From: Octopus bimaculoides
Lineage: Eukaryota
Assembly (NCBI RefSeq): GCF_001194135.2
Contig: NC_068983.1
Span: forward strand, 83,030,894-83,094,893
Length of the DNA: 64,000 nt
Reading direction: 5' to 3'
This document shows, piece by piece, positions 25,414-39,637 of this stretch (position 1 is the first letter of the stretch; each line of letters starts with the position of its first letter). The position numbers were made by a program, and so were the translations under genes. The notes under the pieces were generated by a model. That model ran no database searches and was not told where the DNA came from. It saw only the letters and a list, made by a program, of their open reading frames with translations.

Positions 25414-26439
25414 ATGTGTGTGTGTAAATAAGATTATGTGTACTCTTTTAGCTGTTGTATAAAATAAATCTAAATTAATTACAACTAATGGAGCAAATAA
25501 TGTAAAACGTAGGAGTTATGAGCAACTCTCAAAGTGAAGGGAGGTAATTTCAAAAGATTGCAAATTAGTATCACCAACTTTAGGGGAAAGTCTGATTGTT
25601 GCATTCAAGCAAGGAACAACTTATAGACATTATAAATTTTACACAAACCGTAGCATAACTCAAAACTTAAATTTAAATATTGCAAGCCTCACTGTGAATG
25701 ATTTACAAATGTAAAAATATCTTTTTTTTTTATGTTATTGATGCACAGAAAAAGTGAGAGGAAGTTTCCTGGCGGACCGTTTCACGGTTTATTGACCGTC
25801 CCTCAGAAAATATACCTGTCTTTCCTCCGCAAGCATTATACATCTATATAAAGCAGTAGTAAATTAGCCTAGCGCATGAGTGGATTGCTTTTGAAAACTC
25901 TTCATATATTCAACAATATCTATTTTACACTACAGTAGTGAACTGTTATCAAATGAAGACTGTACGATCTGTTGCCAAATATATTTATATCTAGAAAATA
26001 TGGTTGTGTAAATCATTTGACCATTAATAGTTGCTTCATGAAAATATATGATGAAACAATGGCACGAATTTCTATAAATGAATTAATAGACGATGTGTAA
26101 CAATGCTTCATTTTAGGATCTTTTAAAAATAAAGCGGTTCCAGACTGTAATTGCAGGCGTAACCCTGCAACTGAATGAACTAAACTACATAACGAAGTAA
26201 AGTATACACGCACACACTAGTTTACATGCATTTACATATAGAATGATACACATACATATATAAATACATATAAATAAACATAAATGTGTGTATAAATATA
26301 TGTAAGTATACATACATACCAAAAAGTAAATACAAATGGTGTTTAAAATTTACGGCAGCTGTTTCTGTAGCATTTTATTTGACGCTATCTTAGAGAATTT
26401 ACATCATAATATACATTCCACTTCCTGTTCAATAAGGCT

Positions 26440-26960
26440 ATCTCAGGATCGAGGAACGTGAAATCATCAACTTGAACAGCCAAAGCATGGTTGGCTCAAA
26501 AGCCACTGGATGTTATCTGGAAATCAACCCTGTCAGACAATCTTAAGAGGAATTTTCCCGTGCAACAGTAGAGGCTGTCGTTTTATATAGAGCACCAGCT
26601 TGGACGCTTACCAAAAACTGAAATCCTAGCTACATGGAACTAACGTCATAATTTTAAGAGCAGTCTTAAACCTACCTTGGTGAACTCGTCCCATCAAGGA
26701 ACAGCTGTATCGAGGTTCCTTGCCTGTTTCCACCATTATAAAGGAAAGGTGCTTGCGCTTTGCGGGACATAGCTGGCAAGCAAAACATCAAGCAACATGT
26801 AACGTACGGGTATGAATGCCTAAGCATGGCCGAGCTGTAGATCGACTCATCAGAGACACTGGATGCCTCTCCGAAGAGCCCCCTCAATTAATGTAGAAAC
26901 GAGATAGATGGCGTTTGCGTATTAAAAAGGTCCAGGCATGTTCGACCAGATTTTATGATA
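26440..26960 (+). mobile_element. RTE-clade LINE 3' end (degenerate RT C-terminus)
   Basis: Translates to TAKAWLAQKPLDVIWKSTLSDNLKRNF.RATVEAVVLY.APAWTLTK..LRAVLNLPW..PIKEQLY..IIKERCLRFAGHSW..PKHGRA..DRLIRDTGCL..RDGW..R..QACSTR, with frameshifts. Confidence 0.85.
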
Positions 26961-27729
26961 AATCCGTCATCATCAGGCAAAAATATTAGATATAGAATTG
27001 GACATAGCCAACATTCGCTAAGCTTACACATGTGTGTGTATGTGTGTGTGTGTGCGTATACTTGAAGCAAAGATTTTCCCATAGCTCAGCAGGTGCCATT
27101 AACACATGATGAGCCCATGATGGTGAAACTATGATCATGAAACTCAACTTCAAGCGCATATAAAGCTCTTTACCATCCTTTTGTGAATGGAAAAAGGCTT
27201 GTATGGCATTCGTATGCGCACACGCATATATGTTCGCGTGCATGCATAACATGTTCGGATTAAGACTCATAACGACACCAAAGACTTCAAAGGTTTGGTT
27301 GTCTACATATACTCGAATATGTAGACAAAATATAAACGAAAGTAAACCATAAAATAGATGACAACAACTAATAAGATGGAAAATAATGTATGCGTTTGTA
27401 TACTTCTACATTATTTACATTTGAAAAGTTTTCTCCTGCATTTTCACTTGCAAAATCTTTGATCAGATACTCACTATGATACCATGAACACTATGAAATT
27501 GAATGTCAATCACATAGACCCCTTCGAAAATTATTTTAGCAAGTTTCGAGTGATTTCACTTGTGCCGTAAACCATTTACAATTTCTGTGGTGTCCCACTC
27601 CCCTTGCCTTGATTTCCCAAGTACGCTACTTATTTTGCTTAATGGTTATACCAGACTTGATGTACAACATGCTTGGGTACATGTATATGCATACAAGCAG
27701 AGAAAAAGCACATACGCATACACATGCCA

Positions 27730-27767
<38 letters not shown>

Positions 27768-29359
27768 TTCATACATAGAGAAACATACATATACACACAT
27801 ACGTTTAACCCACATAAATATTTCGAAGTTCTTAAGCTATTATTCTTCTGTTTATTTATATGTCTTCGGACGAATCGTAACTACTTGTCTGTTTATATAT
27901 ATATATAAATATATATNNNNNNNNNNNNNNNNNNNNNNNNNNNNNNNNNNNNNNNNNNNNNNNNNNNNNNNNNNNNNNNNNNNNNNNNNNNNNNNNNNNN
28001 NNNNNNNNNNNNNNNNNNNNNNNNNNNNNNNNNNNNNNNNNNNNNNNNNNNNNNNNNNNNNNNNNNNNNNNNNNNNNNNNNNNNNNNNNNNNNNNNNNNN
28101 NNNNNNNNNATATATACATATATATATATGTGTGTGTGTATGGATATGTATTAATGTGGTGCATTTGCGTTTATACTTATGTATATATGTATGAGTCTGT
28201 ATGATTTTGTACGTGGATGTGCAGAAGCAAAACAAATACATGCAGCGTAAGTTGTGGAGGAGAGGAGTTAGCGGAAGGGAGAAGAGTTGGAATACAAGTG
28301 GAACGGATGGAAAGAAATAGAGATGATGGAAGATCCAAACGGCTGAATGAATGATAGAGAATAATAATTCGCGAACACCAAATATTTGGTCATCACATAT
28401 ACAAGAGGAGAAAGAAGAAAGTTACCACTAAAACTAAGCAGACATTTGTGAGCAATTCACGGCAAATGGTGAGAGGCAAGGGTTTGATTGTTTGTTTATT
28501 ACCAAGCCAATCTGTGTGGTGTGTTTGCAGTTGTGATACACGCATAGCGAAATGGTGCTAAAGTAAACATTGCGAAGTGTTCCAAATGTCTATTTGTATC
28601 TGTGGTGAGAGGGATGTGGATTTAAGAGATTCCTTCCATGCTTGATATATAGATGTGTGTCTGCTTGTGTGTTTGTGTGTGTACACACACACACACACAC
28701 ACATGCACACACATATACATACATTATATATATATATATATATGCCTACTCGCTCATATGAGTGTCTGTGTGTGTTGGATTTGTATATGTATATTCTCCC
28801 TTTCTATTCACCTCTTTGAGGCAACGAATGGCTATTATGTAAAGGAAAGAGTGAATGAAAGACACAGGAAAAGGAAAAGAGTAAGAAAAACAACAGCGAG
28901 CATGAATATCAGACATATTTGTATTTTTGTGGGTATATATGCGTATCAGTGCGCGTGTGTGCGCACACGCACACACACACACATACATATATAAATTCGG
29001 ATTGTTCGTGTTTTAAAACGACGAATTAAAAAAGAAATATTGTTGGGGGTGGGGTAGGAATTAATTTTTTTTTTTTTGCATAATCGTATCAATTCTATTA
29101 TGCAGAAGACAGAATTGAAAATATTTTGTAAAAATTCGTAAAAATACAAAAAAAAAGTATGAGGGGTTTTAGCCCGTGCTTACATCACAACTCCACTGAG
29201 TCTTGCTTCCACTAGCGAACACTATACGTATCTTTCAGAAAGTTCCATACCAATTTAACATTATGTGAGATTCGTTGTTAGTTTATGCGCAGGCTATGTG
29301 GGAAAACAGATTAAAGAAGCTTTTTTTAGCTTATCTCTCCTAAAAAGAGCTCCTTCTGC

Positions 29360-29400
29360 TGTTGAATAAAATAAACTCGCAGAGTTTATTTTATTCAACA
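29360..29400. repeat. Perfect 19-bp inverted repeat with 3-nt loop
   Basis: TGTTGAATAAAATAAACTC-GCA-GAGTTTATTTTATTCAACA. Confidence 0.93.
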
Positions 29401-30539
29401 CCTTCCTTCAATTTCCTTACACCATTTATGTGGCTGACTGTGACAAGAAATTTCGTTTTCATGTAAAACAACTATATTTTTTAGTCATTATCCGTAATCT
29501 ACTTCCAAAACACTTCAGTAGCTTTACTTTGCATCGCTTGCAAACTTATGTTCTATGATCACTAATGTGCAACGATATCCATGATATCCAGCCTTCAGTT
29601 TCATTTTTCCATTCCTAGGTTAATCCAAAAAATAGATTGCCGTGCTACTCATTAACCTTTTCGGTAGTTCAATTATTTGGTGAAAATAGTACCACCAACG
29701 CAACTTAGACCGTCCAAAGCTGCTTGGTGCTTGGCTAATTGTTCTTAGTTGTGAGTTAATCTTCTATGATTTTGACAATCAACGTATTGGTAAGCTATAA
29801 TGATAATGTTGAACTTTATATTTGTAGATCTTTTGCCGCTTCTATATTCAATTATCCTTTGTACTTCTCTTTCTTACGCTTGCAATTCCAAATTTTGTAT
29901 CCGTATTATTCAGGGATTTATCAATTATCTTTGTTGTGTATAGCAGGTTTATATCTTCTTTTTATGAACGTGAATTTTGAAATTCTGAAGTTGATGTCTG
30001 CTTTACATTTATATAGTGTTTCGATATTTAAAACATCTGCTTCTAGTTTTATATATTAATAACAAATTCGTTGGCAGTAATAAATCGGTGAATCTCCTAC
30101 ACTCTAAAGGAAAAATAGTTGGGATGCGGTTGTCTCCTGGTGGATAATAAAACTCAACAAATGAACCGATTTTGAGGAATTTATGTGAGAACCATTCATT
30201 AACGGGTGAGTACTGATATTTTCTTGGAACGAGTAGCGTTTGTAACCTTTTGCTGCTGGATGATAGAAAACCGACACATCTCCGTTGACAAATGCTTTCG
30301 AGGTTTCTGTTTATGGCATGAGCATGAGTATGGAGTAAGGTGCTTAGGTTGAGAAGTAAATGCTTCGCTGTAGAAATAAAGTGCAATGACATTTTCGTAA
30401 AATTGGATGTTGTCGTATATGGCTGCGAGACATTTGTGTATAGAAGGAAAGCAAAGAGGAACAAAAACTGTGCACGAGTGTACCAGAGTTGATATATGTG
30501 TGTGTGTGTTTGTATAATAATATGTATATGTGTGTGTGC

Positions 30540-30570
<31 letters not shown>

Positions 30571-31990
30571 TATATATTTATTTTATGTTTCAGCTGCAAA
30601 GCTGCGGNNNNNNNNNNNNNNNNNNNNNNNNNNNNNNNNNNNNNNNNNNNNNNNNNNNNNNNNNNNNNNNNNNNNNNNNNNNNNNNNNNNNNNNNNNNNN
30701 NNNNNNNNNNNNNNNNNNNNNNNNNNNNNNNNNNNNNNNNNNNNNNNNNNNNNNNNNNNNNNNNNNNNNNNNNNNNNNNNNNNNNNNNNNNNNNNNNNNN
30801 NNNNNNNNNNNNNNNNNNNNNNNNNNNNNNNNNNNNNNNNNNNNNNNNNNNNNNNNNNNNNNNNNNNNNNNNNNNNNNNNNNNNNNNNNNNNNNNNNNNN
30901 NNNNNNNNNNNNNNNNNNNNNNNNNNNNNNNNNNNNNNNNNNNNNNNNNNNNNNNNNNNNNNNNNNNNNNNNNNNNNNNNNNNNNNNNNNNNNNNNNNNN
31001 NNNNNNNNNNNNNNNNNNNNNNNNNNNNNNNNNNNNNNNNNNNNNNNNNNNNNNNNNNNNNNNNNNNNNNNNNNNNNNNNNNNNNNNNNNNNNNNNNNNN
31101 NNNNNNNNNNNNNNNNNNNNNNNNNNNNNNNNNNNNNNNNNNNNNNNNNNNNNNNNNNNNNNNNNNNNNNNNNNNNNNNNNNNNNNNNNNNNNNNNNNNN
31201 NNNNNNNNNNNNNNNNNNNNNNNNNNNNNNNNNNNNNNNNNNNNNNNNNNNNNNNNNNNNNNNNNNNNNNNNNNNNNNNNNNNNNNNNNNNNNNNNNNNN
31301 NNNNNNNNNNNNNNNNNNNNNNNNNNNNNNNNNNNNNNNNNNNNNNNNNNNNNNNNNNNNNNNNNNNNNNNNNNNNNNNNTATTTATATATATATATATC
31401 AAAGCGCATAACATTTATTTTTATACATTCCAGTTCAAGGAATAGTAAAGTTGACCCCAGTGGAATTTGAACACCAAATGTAGAAGAAAAAAACAAGTGA
31501 AGACAAACATAAAAGTTCCAACATAATTAAATACCAGAAGATATTTAGTCTGGCGACTGTCTATATCATGTACGTATGTATACATGTATATATACGATGC
31601 CGTACCGCTGTGAATGTATGCGTATCAGCTAAGTGTATGTGTTCTTGTATGATTGAGGACAGGAGACAGTCTGGAATTAAATTGAAAATAAAACAAATAA
31701 TTACAAAACAAAAAGAAATGTAGGGTGTGTGTATACTTACATGTATATATGTATATGTATGCATATATATATATATGTATATATGTGTATGTGTATATGT
31801 ATATTGAGAGAGAGAGACAGAGACAGATAGAGAGTGAGACAGACGGAGAATGAGACAGACAGACTGACAGACAGCCATATAAGTATATATGTACATATAC
31901 ATATACAGAGACAAATAGATAGACAGATGTAAATGTCTATCATATATATACATATATATGTATATATACATATATATGTATATATACATA

Positions 31991-32113
<123 letters not shown>

Positions 32114-32793
32114 GTGTATATATACACATACATATACATATATATATTATATATATATGTATATATAAATATATGTATATATATGTATAAGTATGAATAT
32201 ATACATACGTATGTATATATATGTGTGTATATATGTATGTGTGTGTGTTTGCATGTATGTATATGCATATGTATATAATACTGTTAAAGTTTTGAGGGCT
32301 AAAATTGGTGACAGCCTGATGTAAGAAAGCTGGAGTAGGACGAGTGAAGTCGTCGAAGACTTAGTGGCGATATCAGGGTATAGTGCCAGGACCGCTATTA
32401 CCATTTCCAAGCTGATGTAATTTCATATGTTGCTGATCAAAGAAACATCATTGAAATTACCGCTCCATGATTACCATCGTCAACACTACCGCCATGACTG
32501 AAAGTAGAACATCAACACCGCTAGCAACGGCAACAACAAGTACAACACTAATAAAACATTAGATTCAACCTTAGGATATTCTTTTGTTTATTTAGAGCGT
32601 ATCTGAAAAGATTATCTGCGTAAATTAGGTTTTTGATAAAATAAACCATTTTTATAAGCAAGGGGGAAAATACACACACAGATTTACATCTATATACAGT
32701 CACATACGTTACATTCATAGAAATCTACATATATATATATTATACATGCATACAGACAGGCAAACAGGCAGGCAGGCAGGCAGACAGACAGAC

Positions 32794-32826
<33 letters not shown>

Positions 32827-32905
32827 NNNNNNNNNNNNNNNNNNNNNNNNNNNNNNNNNNNNNNNNNNNNNNNNNNNNNNNNNNNNNNNNNNNNNNNNNN
32901 NNNNN

Positions 32906-32959
<54 letters not shown>

Positions 32960-33419
32960 AATATATATTGACACAAGCACACATACTAACATAAGTTTCT
33001 TTTATTTTCGACTTTATTTCATTCCATTTTGTTCTGTTTTGTTTCTCGTCATGTACAGTAGCCGCCACTAAATTTATGTTTGTTAAACTCTCTCAATCTT
33101 GCTTACCATTAATAGTTGAAACACTGTAAACTAAGTGTAAAAGAAGGGCTATATACACCTCTATTTATTTCCACCACGAATCAACACTCTATAAAGACCA
33201 TCACTCTCGTACTTCACTCGGCTCACTATCTCCCTTGCTCTCGACGATACAATAACAGTGGCCACACGTGCTCGTTCCCCCTGTTAGAAATGAACAACTA
33301 TATTTTCTTCAAATCAGCCTACTATCATAAGAAAAGGAAAAGTTGGATAAAGTCGCTCTGGATTATCAAGATAGATAACAAAAAATGAAATGTTTACCTT
33401 TGGAATGCTGTTGATCAAA

Positions 33420-34275
33420 GGACTGCTCGATAATATCAAGACTGGCCAAATGTTAAACCAAAGCAACTATAGCAACAAACTTCTCTGGGTCGATAAAATA
33501 AAGTGCCAGCCGAGTACTGCAGTCAACATAAATGACTAACCACGTCCTCTCAAAAACGGTGCCATTGTGTCTAACTTAGAAATTATTAAATGTGCATTAT
33601 TGCTAGCCTTGCTCATCTCCGCTCGAAAAGATTATATGAATAATAGCGTTCCAGCTGCAAACATATCTTTTTTATATATCTCGGACTGCATTTCCAACAA
33701 GTCCTTCCTTTTACTTTCTGTTTAAAATGGTTGGCGGAGTGTGATTCTAGAACATTTAGCTACTACCTACAGTAAGATGAGTGACTACATAGACTCCCCT
33801 TGGTCTGTATGTATGCCAGTATATATTTGTGTGTTTAAGAAGTGATTCAAGAACTTGGGGAAGGTGGAGTAATATAAAAATAGTTAAAGTAAATTGGATC
33901 TGATTTCTGCAAAAGATTCGCAGTTTTGAAGGGGAAAAAGTTATTCTATAATATTGAATTTAAGACTTGATAAATACCTTAATATTATCGACTCCCTGAA
34001 CGATGAAAAGTAAAGTTGACCCCGACGGGATTTGAACTCTGACGGTAAAGAGATGGAACAAATACCGCAAAGCATTTTTTCCGACACTCTAACTGTTCTA
34101 TCATCTCCTCGTAGCTCTTCATTTCTGATTTAGCAACAAGATCAGCACCTCTGTGCGTTTTTCAATCCCAAAAGAATGACAAAGTTGATTGACGTGATCT
34201 GAGCTCAAAACATAAAGAGCTGGAACAATTACTGTTTAGCAATTTTTCCGAAACTCTAACGGTTCTACCAGCATA
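33420..34275. mobile_element. Cluster of old SINE family A fragments (33420-33590 +, 33960-34105 -, 34150-34275 -)
   Basis: GGGTCGATAAAATAAAGTGCCAG on +; ATCGACTCCCTGAACGATGAAAAGTAAAGTTGACCCCGACGGGATTTGAACTCTG and GATCTGAGCTCAAAACATAAAGAGCTGGAAC on -. Confidence 0.65.
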
Positions 34276-35244
34276 CTGTTTTATATAGTAAAGTAAATAA
34301 GATTGCATTACTAAGGAAGCATGATCGCTTTAACCATGGATATTTATTCAATGAATGAGATCCAACGATAGAGCCTGTATCAGGTCAATTGACCCGATAC
34401 TACTATGTCTCCGCAAATTATATCCATATAATTATGCCGTCTTGAACAGGAAAGAACAATTCAATGCCTTAGACGGAAATATCAAAGAATGAATGCCTTT
34501 CATGAAAGTTCTGCCCAGTCAATAATGAACTAGAAATAAACAACAACGAATGGGTAAATGGATATATAATTTTCAAACGAATATCTGCTACAGTGTTATT
34601 GTTGGTTTTAATAATAATCAATCAGTGCCATCCTCCTGAAGACCATCATCTTCAATATCGTCATTATCATCGTCATCGCGTCATCGTCGTCGTCGTCGTC
34701 ACCATCTTTGTCTTCTTCCTCTTTATCATCAACATTTTTTCTCTTTTCCTTCAAACATTATCAATCCGAACAACACTCTCAGCATTAGCACTAGCAACCA
34801 TTACAGCAACAAGAATATGTACTGCAGTATCAAGTGTTTCGGACGAGAGATGTGCAGAAAGAATTACTTGAACGAGAAATAAATATTTTGTGTTCAATTT
34901 CGCCATTCAAATACTGTTTATGTTGCATGCACTTTCAAGCTTCGATTCTTTTTTAAGCATCAAACGTAGATGTAAAATTTCATGGATTAATCGTGAAGGT
35001 GTTAGGTTCATGACTGAACATAATGTCAAGTATTTTTAACTTTTTAGATTAATTGGAGGATTGAGCAAGGCACATGTTGTTCGAGTCAACTGAGCTGAAA
35101 ATAAAAACCAGCCCAAAACTGATGAAGTCCCCTTTCCTTCCTGATGCCACACATGGGTTATTCCACTGGGTCAACGGTGGAGGAAACGAGAGTTTGTATC
35201 TACTCATAATTACATAGCTATCTTAAACAATTAAATGCATGGTA

Positions 35245-35313
35245 AATGTTACTAAATTGTGTTACTAAATGTTACTAAATTGTGTTACTAAATGTTACTA
35301 AATGTTACTAAAT
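35245..35313. repeat. Short tandem repeat of TGTTACTAAA (10/13-bp variants, 6 units)
   Basis: Seen directly. Confidence 0.9.
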
Positions 35314-36250
35314 TTCAGGTGACGTTTATACTCAAATGGTGTAAATTTTGACAGCAGGGAGACAAAGGAAGATGGAACAATTTGACAGTTTATCAGGGCA
35401 GAATTCAAAGGAGAAAGCAAGGTAGAACGTGAGTTACGCTAGAGTGTAAATCAGGCTGCCTTGCAGTATTTAGTTGCGTAATAGCAGTATTAAGTTGTGT
35501 TATTAGCATTATGTCATTGAAGACGAACTAATTTGAATCGCAGGCACCACATTAATAAAGATACTATGTTATGTCTTCCCTAATTGAAGGGTTAAAAAAG
35601 ATTTTTTTCTGAAAGAAATCGAAGAAATAAATTATAAGAGCAATAATTATGTTTATATGCAAAATAACTTGTATATGTATAAGCAATTATATGTATACGT
35701 TTCGTTGAGACAGTTTACATTTGTCATGCTGAATGTCTTCTTCCTAATCTCGCATAAAATTCTTTTTCTAACCCTTACGAGCTTCAACTTCTATTAAGGA
35801 AGACCTATAAGAAGGGAATTAATAGGGTTTCTTTATTTATGGATTGTATCTGTGTACATATATGTATGCAGGCATGTATGTACGCATATATATAAAGAGA
35901 GAGAGAGAGAAATATAAGGAGAGAATGTAGTCATATGTATGTACATTCTTGTACAAGATAATATTTCATAAATGATGCGCAGGCATCGTAATTGATACTG
36001 TACGCTATTTAATAAACTATATTTGAATAAGATTCTTCACTGCTTAGCCATCTGATAATTACTTTCACCAGCATAAAATGTATTAAAAAAATCATAAATT
36101 AATAGGGATATTTGTTAGATATTCGAGAGGTTGTTTGTCTTCTCACAACTAGTTGGGCATCTAAGACCAATCGAGAAAATATGGTGAGAATATCTTCAGT
36201 GCTAAATAGGGTATATTTTTGTGTGTGTGTGTATATAGAGAGAGAGATAC

Positions 36251-36297
<47 letters not shown>

Positions 36298-36754
36298 NNN
36301 NNNNNNNNNNNNNNNNNNNNNNNNNNNNNNNNNNNNNNNNNNNNNNNNNNNNNNNNNNNNNNNNNNNNNNNNNNNNNNNNNNNNNNNNNNNNNNNNNNNN
36401 NNNNNNNNNNNNNNNNNNNNNNNNNNNNNNNNNNNNNNNNNNNNNNNNNNNNNNNNNNNNNNNNNNNNNNNNNNNNNNNNNNNNNNNNNNNNNNNNNNNN
36501 NNNNNNNNNNNNNNNNNNNNNNNNNNNNNNNNNNNNNNNNNNNNNNNNNNNNNNNNNNNNNNNNNNNNNNNNNNNNNNNNNNNNNNNNNNNNNNNNNNNN
36601 NNNNNNNNNNNNNNNNNNNNNNNNNNNNNNNNNNNNNNNNNNNNNNNNNNNNNNNNNNNNNNNNNNNNNNNNNNNNNNNNNNNNNNNNNNNNNNNNNNNN
36701 NNNNNNNNNNNNNNNNNNNNNNNNNNNNNNNNNNNNNNNNNNNNNNNNNNNNNN

Positions 36755-36809
<55 letters not shown>

Positions 36810-37495
36810 CACACATATACATAAATTGTGTGAGTATGTATTTTTATTCACGCGCCAATTTATTATTTTGTTCATCTTTATTTGTTTGAGAGAATGTTTA
36901 ATATCTGTAGACTTTGACTTTATAAAGGAATATAGCTCTAAAAAACCTGACAATTATTAATATATCCTTTCTTCTAACCCAATAATTTAATATAATCCTA
37001 TTCAAGGCATACCAATATTAATGTCTATACTGTCTTTCAGGTAAGACAAGGTGTCCAAAGGTTTAGGACATGAACGACATAAACATTATGTCCAGAACAG
37101 TAAATTTATTTAATGTATGTAAATCAGATAACTACATTAAAAGTCTTTCCCGAGTTCATCTTCAGAGATTCTAAGAGGAATTTTATTAGGAATTACAAAA
37201 TTTTCTTCCTGCTCCTTTTTGTAGATTCTAGTCTTCAATGTATGCAAATATTATGGTGAGATGTCAGAAAATTGTGGAGCTCCTCTATGATATACTTTTG
37301 CACTCTTCTCACTTTTATAGCCTTTCATAACTGTAAGAGCCGTAACAGTGGTATAGTTAATATTTAATATACCGGATGCAGCATTTATACCTACCCATTA
37401 TTCGTTTTATAATAAAGTAAAAACTTTTTGGTTTGGAAAAATGAAAGTTTGCAGGTTGATTATTATGTTTATTGACAATATTTTACATCTATTTA

Positions 37496-37716
37496 AGGGG
37501 ACGAGCTAGCAAAACGGTTAGCATTCCAGGCAAGATGCTTAGCGGTATTTCGTCCGTCCTTACATTCTGAGTTCAAATTCTACTGAGGTCAACTTTGCCT
37601 TTCATACTTTCGGGGTCGATAAAATAAGTACCAGTTGAGAACTAGGGTCGATGTAATCATCTTACCCCTACCCCCTTCCCTGAAGTTGCCGTCCTTGTAC
37701 CAAAATTTGAAACCAA
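37496..37716 (+). mobile_element. Near-complete SINE family A
   Basis: A-box-like AGCTAGCAAAACGG and B-box-like GAGTTCAAATTC. Central CTTTGCCTTTCATACTTTCGGGGTCGATAAAATAAGTACCAG resembles the Meta/Sauria-type domain. Confidence 0.9.
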
Positions 37717-39139
37717 TATTTTACATATATTTAAAATAGCTATCCTTTGCTTTCACTATAACCTTTTCTCAAATAAATAAATAATGGGTACAAGTATATA
37801 ATACACCTGGTAGTAGAAATTGGTTCATAGTGGCTAAACAGATCAGAACATGAATGAAATGTCGCGTTAAAGATGATGATCGTCTATTTCTAAATAAACA
37901 GAATACTAAATGGCTCGAACTTAGTAACTTAAGATTCGGAATGATTAAACATACCTACAGAGCCACTTTCTTGTTTCTATATTCTTAATGAACATCTTGA
38001 AGTACTTATTTTCATCCAATGACATAGGCAATGACTTTCCTTCATACTTGCAAAGAGAATTTAGAAAATAATAATAATAATAATCTACACCTTGATAAAT
38101 TCTATAGAATCCCGCTTACATATTTCAGTTTTTCTTGGATAGACAGAAACATATAAGTTTTCTTGGTTTGCACCAATTTCATTTAAAATTAATTGAATTG
38201 TAATTTAAACTGTATTCCATTTCGTTAAGAAGAAACATATTTTCCGAACAGAAGACTTGAATTAAGGAAAGATTGTTTTGTTTCAATTTTATTTTCTCTC
38301 TCTTTACCTTCTATTTTTTTTTTCTGACTACGGGATAATTTGAATATAATTTGATTATTCCCACTGTTCATAAATAAAATGGCTTACTGTTTTTATGTTT
38401 ATTTTTCTTTCCTTTTCTTAACATTGGTCTAAAGTCAAAGCAATTAAATTTACTATATCCCATTTTTCTTTTGACAAACTGAAAAACATGCTTCACATGT
38501 ACGGAATTCTGAAATTACCAGTTATTCATTGGGAAACTGCCTATATCAATAGCTGGCTAAACATATCCATATATTCTGAATAAAGGTGTTGGATAAATTC
38601 TTCTACTTCCATAGTAAGTTATATATTCGACGACAATAGCTTTTGTAGAGAACATTTTGGAAGATGTAATACTCTATAAGTTTGGTTTTTAAAGAAATCT
38701 GGAAGTTTTAAGAATGTGAATGCACACTATACGTAAATCACACTGACATAAACGCGCAAACACATACATATATATATNNNNNNNNNNNNNNNNNNNNNNN
38801 NNNNNNNNNNNNNNNNNNNNNNNNNNNNNNNNNNNNNNNNNNNNNNNNNNNNNNNNNNNNNNNNNNNNNNNNNNNNNNNNNNNNNNNNNNNNNNNNNNNN
38901 NNNNNNNNNNNNNNNNNNNNNNNNNNNNNNNNNNNNNNNNNNNNNNNNNNNNNNNNNNNNNNNNNNNNNNNNNNNNNNNNNNNNNNNNNNNNNNNNNNNN
39001 NNNNNNNNNNNNATACCACTGTCGCATAAACCCTAATACTATATTTATATATATTTTATACTGTGAAACTTAATTTAATTTTAATTTTTAATAAATTGAT
39101 TTTAATTGAGTTTTTACCTGTTATTTTGGCTTTTAACCC

Positions 39140-39190
<51 letters not shown>

Positions 39191-39199
39191 TATATATAA

Positions 39200-39325
39200 G
39201 CAGTCGTACCTGTAGTTATGTGTAAAACGTTTGATTCCAAAACATGATTCCCTTCGACAAGGGTCGTCTACTATAGCCTCGGGCCGTCCGTGAGTGGATT
39301 TTGGAGACGGAAACTGAAAGAATCA
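39200..39325 (+). mobile_element. SINE family B 5' fragment
   Basis: CTACTATAGCCTCGGGCCG..GTGAGTGGATTTTGGAGACGGAAACTGAAAGAA. Confidence 0.75.
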
Positions 39326-39457
39326 CATTGTATATGCATGTGTGTGTGTGTGTGTTTGTGTATCTTTGTGTGTATATTTGTCTCTCACCAACCTTCCGTG
39401 AATTAGCAATTCGGTAAACGGAGGCCGATAAAATAAATCGATAGACAGATGGGTAGG

Positions 39458-39516
<59 letters not shown>

Positions 39517-39595
39517 CAGGCAGACACATACACATACATATATACGTATACATATACAGCCTATACAGACGCATACATATATTCATACACGCACG

Positions 39596-39637
<42 letters not shown>

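Noticed and set aside
27095-27140. ATGATGAGCC..GGTGAAAC motif
   Set aside because: The core C3 is absent and there is no stem I or III.
27299-27328. Short perfect hairpins (12 bp here, 9 bp at 18797-18821, 10 bp near 22153)
   Set aside because: They are short and lack supporting context, and several are expected in AT-rich 64 kb.
30380-30480. YGCET motif suggesting an RTE fragment
   Set aside because: Only five residues match and the flanks do not align convincingly.
30009-31496. Longest ORFs in the track (also 16443-17204, 36099-36960, 57946-59276)
   Set aside because: They are open only because they run through N-gaps and dinucleotide repeats.
35125-35195. CTGATGA...GAAAC hammerhead-like spacing
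   Set aside because: No stem II closes between the boxes and stem I does not pair.
37125-37170. Minus-strand CTCTGAAGATGAACTC..GAAAG, hammerhead-like
   Set aside because: The second strand of stem II and stem III are missing; too degraded to call.
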